A DNA stretch of 64,000 nt from assembly GCA_039934415.1 (NCBI GenBank), contig JBDTME010000004.1, positions 632 through 64,631 of the forward strand. Direction: 5' to 3'. A program made the translations under genes and the position numbers. Below are positions 56,845 through 64,000 of the stretch, piece after piece (position 1 is the stretch's first letter; every line of letters begins with the position of its first letter). The stretch is from Patescibacteria group bacterium. Its GTDB lineage: Bacteria > Patescibacteriota > Microgenomatia > UBA1400 > PJMF01. The notes under the pieces are model-generated. The model ran no database searches, was not told where the DNA came from, and saw only the letters and a program-made list of their open reading frames with translations.

Positions 56845-57675
56845 TTGGATATGAACAAACAAATAACTTTTGCTTCTCTTGGTGATCTTTGCATAGACGA
56901 TTATCAAAAATATGGCAGAATTTTCCCTGGTGGTACCGCTTTTAATACAGCCGTTCATGCAAGCAAGACCGGAGCTCAAGTTAGCGTATTTTCAGTCATT
57001 GGAACTGATAAGTTCGCACAAACATTTCAAAATGCTTTTAAGTTATATGACATAGATAGCTCTCAAGTTCAAATTGTAGACGGCCAAACTAGTTCTATCA
57101 AGATAAGCATTGATAATAAGGGACAACCCACCTACTCTGATTGGGAGCTTGGGGTATTGAAGAATCACGTATTGACGCCGATTCAAAAAGCAAAGCTCAA
57201 AGAATATGACATAGCTAAAATGGCCTTCTTTAAACCACTTCGTACATTTTTTAACGAATTTAGCCAGCTCAATTTACCACTAACACTAAAAGTCGCCGAT
57301 TTTGCAGGTTCATCAATATATAGTAGCAGTACTTTAATCATTGAACGATATATAAAAAATTTTGATATTGTCATCAAAAGTTTAAACTTCAACGACTTTT
57401 ATTTTTTTTCGTTCTTACAAGAACTTTCAATTAAAAACGAAGGGAAAATTGTTCTAATTCTGCTAGGTGAAAAAGGTAGTATTGCTTTTTTGGACGGCAA
57501 ACAATATCAACAACCGAGTATAAAAGCTATAGTTAAAGACGCCAATGGTGCAGGTGATGCTTACATTGCTTGTTTTTTGGATTCGTATTTGAGGAAAAAA
57601 AATATTGCTGAGGCAATGTTTAGAGGAGCAAAAGCAGCTACTGAAAAAATTAGTAAGATTGGAACTATAGTCTAG
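56845..57675 (+). CDS. PfkB-family carbohydrate/ribokinase-like kinase
   Basis: N-terminal GDLCIDDY and C-terminal DANGAGDAYIACFL (GAGD anion hole). Confidence 0.7.
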   Translation: MDMNKQITFASLGDLCIDDYQKYGRIFPGGTAFNTAVHASKTGAQVSVFSVIGTDKFAQTFQNAFKLYDIDSSQVQIVDGQTSSIKISIDNKGQPTYSDWELGVLKNHVLTPIQKAKLKEYDIAKMAFFKPLRTFFNEFSQLNLPLTLKVADFAGSSIYSSSTLIIERYIKNFDIVIKSLNFNDFYFFSFLQELSIKNEGKIVLILLGEKGSIAFLDGKQYQQPSIKAIVKDANGAGDAYIACFLDSYLRKKNIAEAMFRGAKAATEKISKIGTIV

Positions 57676-57687
57676 TTGCTTTCAATC

Positions 57688-58272
57688 TTACTTTACTTCA
57701 CCTTTATATAAGTTATTATCTCTAATGTATCTTGCTACTTTTTCACCAACTAGCTCAGTGGGGTCTTTACCAGCTAATATTGTTTTTCTGACATCACTGG
57801 ATGAAACTGCTACTTCATCAACTCCATTTAAAGGAATCATTCCTGGTAGTAGTGGGTGCATGGGGTTTTCTGGCCGAGGATAAACATGAACGCTAAAACG
57901 CTCTAACATTTTCAAATAATTATACCAACGGGGAAAGTTGGCTAAGTTATCGCTCCCAATCACCCACGCAAATGTATCCAATGGTTGTGCTTCTGCAAAG
58001 TGAACAAGTGTGTCATATGAATAGCTGACGCCCTCCTTATCCAACTCGTACCGATTTATTTCGACTGGTTTTCCAACAAAGTCCTGCAGCAACAACTCTA
58101 ACATTGCAAGACGATGAATAGGGTCAGTTAGAGTTTTTGAAAAAGCGTGCTGTCTTGCTGGAACCAACCAAATTTCATCAGGTACAAGTTGATCCAGAAG
58201 GCCTGAAACAATCTGCCCATGACCACGGTGAGGTGGATCAAAACTTGCCCCCATGATTTCGATTTTTTTCAT
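57688..58272 (-). CDS. nadD: nicotinate-nucleotide adenylyltransferase
   Basis: IMGASFDPPHRGH (the (H/T)xGH nucleotidyltransferase motif) and C-terminal SSSDVR. Confidence 0.8.
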   Translation of the reverse strand: MKKIEIMGASFDPPHRGHGQIVSGLLDQLVPDEIWLVPARQHAFSKTLTDPIHRLAMLELLLQDFVGKPVEINRYELDKEGVSYSYDTLVHFAEAQPLDTFAWVIGSDNLANFPRWYNYLKMLERFSVHVYPRPENPMHPLLPGMIPLNGVDEVAVSSSDVRKTILAGKDPTELVGEKVARYIRDNNLYKGEVK

Positions 58273-58363
58273 ATTATTCGACCAGTATAAGAGTATAATT
58301 TCAAATCTTCAACTGATTTTGGCAAAATCATGTGAAGGAGATTATTCTATGGAACGGTGTCTA

Positions 58364-58437
58364 TGGAGCGGGCGAAGGGAATCGAACCCTCGTCACCAGT
58401 TTGGAAAACTGGCGCTCTACCATTGAGCTACGCCCGC
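58364..58437 (-). tRNA. tRNA-Gly (anticodon TCC), with genomically encoded CCA
   Basis: Acceptor GCGGGCG/CGCCCGC, anticodon loop TTTCCAA, T-loop GGGTTCGATTCCC, 3' TCCA. Confidence 0.85.
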
Positions 58438-58518
58438 GTTGTCTTTATCAGACAAGGGTTATTGTACCAAAAAAGTAGAGTTTCTCAATGATTGGGCGTC
58501 GTAGTACACTAGTTAAAT

Positions 58519-59688
58519 ATGTCAGAACAGACTCGAGAGTTGGACCATACCTCAGAATTAAAGAAAGAGAAAGAAACTCTATCAAGAAGAGACTTTTTGA
58601 AGGGTTTAGGGGTGGCTGGTGCTGCTCTCACTACTGCTGCAGTTGTGCCTTCGTTCCTGTCTGAAGGGAAAGTGAGAGCTGAAGATGGTATTGAGGAGCT
58701 TTTGTCTCAAATTGAGAGTATGTCGTTGGTTGAGCTTGAACAAGCTATTTTTCATGAGTATCCAGTCATTCCTGATTTAGAGAAAATTGGAGAAAGACTG
58801 AAAAGTATTACTGACATTTCAAAAGGAGGTACCCTGATGAAGTCTGGTACTTCAGTAGCTTGGGGAATGCTGAGGAGCATTTATGGGGATAATGTGAATC
58901 AAGAAAGCATTGATTTTGGAGATGAAAAATATAAACTGGAAAAAGTACTAGAGTATTTTCAAATTCCTTTTTGGGCTATAGATATTTGCGCAATATCAGG
59001 TGTTGATATAGGTCAGCTTATTCATGATTCTTATACCTGTATTGGTCTTACACAGGAACAACGACCATTTGATGTGCCTCCAATGCCTTGTTTACCAAAT
59101 ACTGGGGTGAACGATTCGTACATCGAACATTTTAAGCCAGATGTTGCTTTAAATTTTATAGGGACCAATTTAATTAGACATGGAACTTCTTTGAATGATT
59201 TTGCACTGCAAGTGCAAGAGCTCATTACTTATTATCTCAGTAATGGCATCATTCCCATTTTAACAACTTTTCCTCAACCCAAGAATTCAACAGATGAAGT
59301 GTATAAAAACTGGTTTGAACATCCAAAGCTCTACATACCTGCTGATAAAAAAGCAGAGGATGTTGTCAATGAAGCACTGAAAGATCGAGTATTGTTTGTC
59401 CCTGAACGGGCTTTTAAATATAATATACTTTTGTTGAAAATGGCAGAGATGTACCAAATTCCAATTATCAATACCGAACGCGGAGCAGTTGAACGTGCGC
59501 AAAATGATGGAATTGTTACCACAGAATATGGAGGCGCGGAGATAGATCCACTTCATTTTTCAAAATTGCTTGATATCCCCCCTTTTGAAATGCCCAAAGA
59601 AAATGAAAAATTTCGATATGGTGAGCAAACTATTACTTATTTTACAGTTCAGACCTTATATGAATTATTGAAAGTAATGGGAAAATGA
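58519..59688 (+). CDS. Tat-signal secreted SGNH/GDSL-like hydrolase (paralog 2)
   Basis: SRRDFLKGLGVAGAALTTAAV twin-arginine signal; GTS/GTNL/DPLH blocks; roughly half identical to the 50345 paralog, with an identical C-terminal 11-mer. Confidence 0.5.
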   Translation: MSEQTRELDHTSELKKEKETLSRRDFLKGLGVAGAALTTAAVVPSFLSEGKVRAEDGIEELLSQIESMSLVELEQAIFHEYPVIPDLEKIGERLKSITDISKGGTLMKSGTSVAWGMLRSIYGDNVNQESIDFGDEKYKLEKVLEYFQIPFWAIDICAISGVDIGQLIHDSYTCIGLTQEQRPFDVPPMPCLPNTGVNDSYIEHFKPDVALNFIGTNLIRHGTSLNDFALQVQELITYYLSNGIIPILTTFPQPKNSTDEVYKNWFEHPKLYIPADKKAEDVVNEALKDRVLFVPERAFKYNILLLKMAEMYQIPIINTERGAVERAQNDGIVTTEYGGAEIDPLHFSKLLDIPPFEMPKENEKFRYGEQTITYFTVQTLYELLKVMGK

Positions 59689-59704
59689 GAAAGCAACGAT
59701 TAAT

Positions 59705-60898
59705 TTATTTAACAAAATATTTTTTCGCTTTTAACTGCTCAGGTAACAAGCTTTCTTTACTATACATTTCATATCCTTTGCCATAATCCAACTTTTTCAT
59801 GAGTTTGGTGGGCGCGTTTCTCAAATTAAGAGGAATTGGTAAATTGCCATGGGTTTTGACATCGGCTAACGCGGCAAAATATGCGTCGTATGCTGAACGA
59901 TCTTTTTTGCAATTACAAAGATAGGCAACTCCGTGTGCTAAATTAATCTGTGCTTCGGGATAGCCAATTTTATTGACTGCTTCAAATACTGCATTTGCTA
60001 CGACTAATGCTGTGGGTACAGCAAGCCCAATATCTTCACTAGAAAATACGATCATTCTTCTTGCGATAAATTTAGGATCTTCTCCAGCGTCAACCATTCT
60101 GGCTAAGTAATACAATGCAGCATCAGTATTGCTCGCGCGCATCGATTTGATAAAAGCCGAAATAGTGTTGTAGTGCTCTTCTCCTTTTTTATCAAAACGC
60201 AAATGTTTGGATTGCAAAGTATTCTTCAATGATTCTAGATCGAGATTCTCATACAATTGAAAAGCATTTCCGATCATTGTCAGTGCTTGTCGTGCGTCGC
60301 CATTGGCTAACTGCACTAACCACTCTCTGGCATCCTTTTTCATTTTTTGCTTTGATTTAAGACCCAACATTGTGACTGCCCTATCCACAATTTCACCCAT
60401 TTCTTGGTCAGTGAGTTCTTGCAAAACAAATACTCTTGAACGGGAAAGAAGCGGAGAAATGACTTCAAAACTAGGATTTTCAGTTGTGGCGCCGATTAAA
60501 ATAATTCGTCCACTTTCGACATAAGGTAATAGAAAATCTTGCTGGGCTTTATTAAAGCGATGAATTTCATCCAGAAAGACAATCGGAGCTGCGTAACTTT
60601 GCCCTAACGTTTTCTGACGGTAGGTTTGATCGATGATGTCTTTAATGTCTTGTTTATTCGCACTAACTGCGGACAACTCAAAGTACTCGCGACCAGTTTC
60701 TTTGGCAATGATGCGAGCTAACGTGGTCTTCCCTACTCCAGGCGGTCCCCAAAAAATCATAGAGAACGCTTGTTTGGATTCAATGAGAGTGCGAATTGGC
60801 TTACCCGGTCCGACTAAATGGGATTGGCCAATATACTCACCAAGCGAAGTAGGACGTAAAATATCAGCTAGCGGACGATTTTCAATCTCAGAGTTCAT
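59705..60898 (-). CDS. rarA: replication-associated recombination protein A (AAA+ ATPase)
   Basis: RPLADILRPTSLGEYIGQSHL N-terminus, Walker A GPPGVGKTTLARIIA, Walker B VFLDEIHRF. Confidence 0.9.
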   Translation of the reverse strand: MNSEIENRPLADILRPTSLGEYIGQSHLVGPGKPIRTLIESKQAFSMIFWGPPGVGKTTLARIIAKETGREYFELSAVSANKQDIKDIIDQTYRQKTLGQSYAAPIVFLDEIHRFNKAQQDFLLPYVESGRIILIGATTENPSFEVISPLLSRSRVFVLQELTDQEMGEIVDRAVTMLGLKSKQKMKKDAREWLVQLANGDARQALTMIGNAFQLYENLDLESLKNTLQSKHLRFDKKGEEHYNTISAFIKSMRASNTDAALYYLARMVDAGEDPKFIARRMIVFSSEDIGLAVPTALVVANAVFEAVNKIGYPEAQINLAHGVAYLCNCKKDRSAYDAYFAALADVKTHGNLPIPLNLRNAPTKLMKKLDYGKGYEMYSKESLLPEQLKAKKYFVK

Positions 60899-60988
60899 AT
60901 GAATTCATAATAAAGGAATTTTTATCTTCGGTAAAGATTCGGATTATCTGTTTTCCTCTAGCTCACAAATTTTTTTAACGTATCTATA

Positions 60989-61549
60989 ATGAATTACAGT
61001 ATGACCGAACTTCAGGATTTTGTTGCCCAGCTCCCTGAACCAATCATCCAAATCAAGCGATTAGGTGGTCAGGATGGTTTGGACTTCACTGTACAAAAAG
61101 GCTTCATTGCTGAAATTCCAGGTAAAGAATACTTTATACATTGTCGAGCGATGCTCCCGCTTAAAGATTTTAAAAGTGGAGTGGGATTTGGGCTATGGGT
61201 AGCCATTTCTAAACCAGATTTTGACCGCTACTTGCGTGCAACTGACGATGATGAGCTCTATCGACAATTTGCAGCTGTGGGATCACTTGCCAACGACTGG
61301 CCCGGTTTTCCTGGGACACTGGCCGATCGAGTCAGAGTCAGAACCGTACATCTTTCTGAAAAAGTCTACATTACCGAGTACTTATCCGAACCAAAAGACG
61401 TACTGATGCGAGTTTCTTTACTTGCTCAGCCAGATAATTTTGAAACAAAAGAACGCATCCGTGACCAAGCCATGAGTTACTTGATCGAATTAAACCAGTT
61501 CGCTCAGTCCCATCATGAACCAAATTTCTCCTCAACAGAGACAAATTAA
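60989..61549 (+). CDS. hypothetical protein (186 aa)
   Basis: ORF with no motif. Confidence 0.4.
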   Translation: MNYSMTELQDFVAQLPEPIIQIKRLGGQDGLDFTVQKGFIAEIPGKEYFIHCRAMLPLKDFKSGVGFGLWVAISKPDFDRYLRATDDDELYRQFAAVGSLANDWPGFPGTLADRVRVRTVHLSEKVYITEYLSEPKDVLMRVSLLAQPDNFETKERIRDQAMSYLIELNQFAQSHHEPNFSSTETN

Positions 61550-61570
61550 TCTGGTAGAATACACCATGTA

Positions 61571-61643
61571 CGGGGCGTGGCTCAGTTGGTAGAGTGCTCG
61601 CTTTGGGAGCGAGAGGTCGTGAGTTCGAGTCTCACCGCCCCGA
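61571..61643 (+). tRNA. tRNA-Pro (anticodon TGG)
   Basis: Acceptor CGGGGCG/CGCCCCG, anticodon loop TTTGGGA, T-loop GAGTTCGAGTCTC. Confidence 0.85.
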
Positions 61644-61695
61644 CAAATTCCCAAGTGATGTTTTAGTTCTTTTTTATGCGTCGGTAGCTAAACAA

Positions 61696-61769
61696 GCGTC
61701 GGTAGCTCAGCTGGATAGAGCAACTGCCTTCTAAGCAGTAGGTCGTGAGTTCGAGTCTCACCCGACGCA
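61696..61769 (+). tRNA. tRNA-Arg (anticodon TCT)
   Basis: Acceptor GCGTCGG/CCGACGC, anticodon loop CTTCTAA, T-loop GAGTTCGAGTCTC. A 12-nt duplicate of its 5' end (GCGTCGGTAGCT) lies at 61678-61689. Confidence 0.85.
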
Positions 61770-61835
61770 CTTTCCTGTATTGCCAACTAAATTTGCTTGT
61801 ATTGTGTCTAAATGTGATTTAGAATCCTCTGAAAA

Positions 61836-62537
61836 TTGATGTATAATGTTCTTAACAAATCCATGGTACCTCCTTCCTTAACCCACCAGCCAAAAGTGAT
61901 TGTTTGTGATGTCGATAAAACCTTAACCGCTGCTAACACGTGGTTTTCTTTGACGACAGCACTCGGTGGTGATATCGAGAAACATTTCCAAATTTATAAT
62001 GCGTACTTCAATGAAAAAATTTCGACTGAGGATATGAAAAAAGGGTTATTTGAGATGTGGGAAAAAGGACACCACTCAAAAATACATCGTGACGAGCTAG
62101 AAGACATTTTATTTAAGATACCACTCAGAGGTGAAGCATTTTCGACTTTTGCTGAGCTAAGAGATAAAGGGTACACCCTCTGCTTAATTTCCAGTTCGAT
62201 TGATATCTTTGTAAAGATGGTTGCTCAACGCTTGCAACTTGATCATTGGTATGCCAACTCTGAGTTCATTTTTGATGACAAGGGCTACTGGATCGATTTC
62301 AAATATGATCGAGATGAGGCTGGTCTAAAACTGAGACAGATTAGAGAATTCTTGAGAAAACAAGGTGTTTCTGATGATGAATGTTTGATTTTGGGCGATG
62401 GATCAAGCGAAATTAAGCTATTTGAAAATTATCCTGGAATTGCTGTAGATTCCGAGAATGAAACAATCAAGAAACTCGCTTGGCAAGAAATAAAATATCT
62501 TCCTACCGTTCTTCAGCTCCTACAAGAAATTTCTTGA
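61836..62537 (+). CDS. HAD-superfamily hydrolase (subfamily IB, phosphoserine-phosphatase-like)
   Basis: Motif I VIVCDVDKTLT, motif IV ILGDGSSE. Confidence 0.7.
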   Translation: MMYNVLNKSMVPPSLTHQPKVIVCDVDKTLTAANTWFSLTTALGGDIEKHFQIYNAYFNEKISTEDMKKGLFEMWEKGHHSKIHRDELEDILFKIPLRGEAFSTFAELRDKGYTLCLISSSIDIFVKMVAQRLQLDHWYANSEFIFDDKGYWIDFKYDRDEAGLKLRQIREFLRKQGVSDDECLILGDGSSEIKLFENYPGIAVDSENETIKKLAWQEIKYLPTVLQLLQEIS

Positions 62538-62563
62538 CTTTGTGTTAAAATATAGGCTGATTT

Positions 62564-63418
62564 ATGCCTGAAGCTCTCGAGAGACGCCTATTTGGTGCAC
62601 TAATAGATATTGATGGAACCCTGACACATTTGGGTTCTGTTTCTTGGTTGGATTTTACTGAGCAGATGTATCTCATGGCACATAAACCAATTGGAGTGGC
62701 AAAAGAAGCCAGAGAGACACACAAAAAGATTTTCGGTGAATTCTTGGGTGACATTGCAAAGTTAAAAACTAAGGATGAAAAAGAAGCTAGAATTGCAGTG
62801 CTCAATACAGACTTGTTTGGACAAGTTTGGCGTGCTTCTGGATTGGTTCTGGATAGAAAGACTGTTGAGCAAATTTCTAGGACAAGTCTCTCAATGAGAC
62901 TAAGAGATGAGGGGGTCCGATTCTTAACCTTTTTAAGAATGTTGAAGGAGCAACTCGACATTCCCGTTTTTGTGCTTACTGCAGCGTACTCCATCCTTTC
63001 AGAGGTGGTAGCGAAGGATTTTGGTTTATCTGGAGGAAGAGCTGCTTCACAAATGATTTTTGACGGAGATTCACCTGAATCTTTGTGGGTGGATTTCACG
63101 CTGGATTACGACTTGAATAGAAGTAAGGTGAGAAATGCAGATGAGTTAATAGGTGAAGGACAACTGCCTCATAAGAAAAAAGGTATCTTTGCATTTGGGG
63201 ATGGACCAACTGAGAGAGAGTTACTTGAGTATTACCCGAACAATGCAATCCTCTCTCATTATCCAATAGATTCGGATAGGGTTTCTGCTTACGTCACAAC
63301 TCTAGATGAAGCAATGATACTCATTTATGACCAGTTAGGTCCTGATGGTGAAAAGTTAGTCTTCTCAGACACAGACGGTATTGCTAAAATTGTTCGAAAT
63401 CGAGACCAAAATGGATAA
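62564..63418 (+). CDS. HAD-superfamily hydrolase
   Basis: Motif I ALIDIDGTLTH, motif IV FAFGDGPTE. Confidence 0.65.
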   Translation: MPEALERRLFGALIDIDGTLTHLGSVSWLDFTEQMYLMAHKPIGVAKEARETHKKIFGEFLGDIAKLKTKDEKEARIAVLNTDLFGQVWRASGLVLDRKTVEQISRTSLSMRLRDEGVRFLTFLRMLKEQLDIPVFVLTAAYSILSEVVAKDFGLSGGRAASQMIFDGDSPESLWVDFTLDYDLNRSKVRNADELIGEGQLPHKKKGIFAFGDGPTERELLEYYPNNAILSHYPIDSDRVSAYVTTLDEAMILIYDQLGPDGEKLVFSDTDGIAKIVRNRDQNG

Positions 63419-63468
63419 AATTGTTTCTATAGAAAGCGCTTTTCCTATCTGGTAAAATACACTCTATT

Positions 63469-63954
<486 letters not shown>

Positions 63955-64000
63955 TTGATCAAGACAGTCATCGTAGCTTTTTCTCGCTCGTTCTAAACTC

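Overview
This window looks like a stretch of a low-GC, gene-dense bacterial chromosome with a reduced, fermentative gene set (inference). Core genes that can be recognised from motifs in the translated ORFs are trigger factor, Lon, LexA, enolase, iPGM, a PEP-synthase/PPDK-like dikinase, a two-subunit 2-oxoacid:ferredoxin oxidoreductase next to an ADP-forming acetyl-CoA synthetase, TrpRS, RarA, NadD, a DNA pol III delta-like protein, an Elp3-type radical-SAM/GNAT protein and PstB. A complete monoderm-type Tad/Flp pilus locus sits at about 24.9-31.2 kb; its 49-aa Flp prepilin gene is absent from the supplied ORF track. Sixteen tRNA genes were found by hand (seven on their own or in pairs plus one four-gene and one two-gene cluster); none encodes CCA except tRNA-Gly(TCC). 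The most unusual parts of the window are five. (1) An AT-rich, tRNA-flanked island (36.9-40.4 kb) of orphan genes. It includes an RBS-driven 86-codon frame interrupted by one in-frame TAA, a GC-rich Gly/Ser-rich 83-aa ORF and decayed gene fragments. (2) An accessory region (about 50.0-59.7 kb) punctuated by two families of intergenic repeats. It carries paralogous Tat-signal SGNH-like hydrolases, a DinD/Bro-N protein, and phospholipase-C-like, sulfotransferase-like, HAD and PfkB genes. (3) A 190-aa ORF of unknown function inserted, and translationally coupled, between korA and korB. (4) A small-ORF leader upstream of trpS that ends in tandem Trp codons and is followed by stacked hairpins. (5) Duplicated 5' halves of tRNA genes directly upstream of two intact tRNAs. 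No CRISPR array, rRNA or intact IS element was seen. All functional calls rest on motifs recognised by eye in the translations; no database search was possible.
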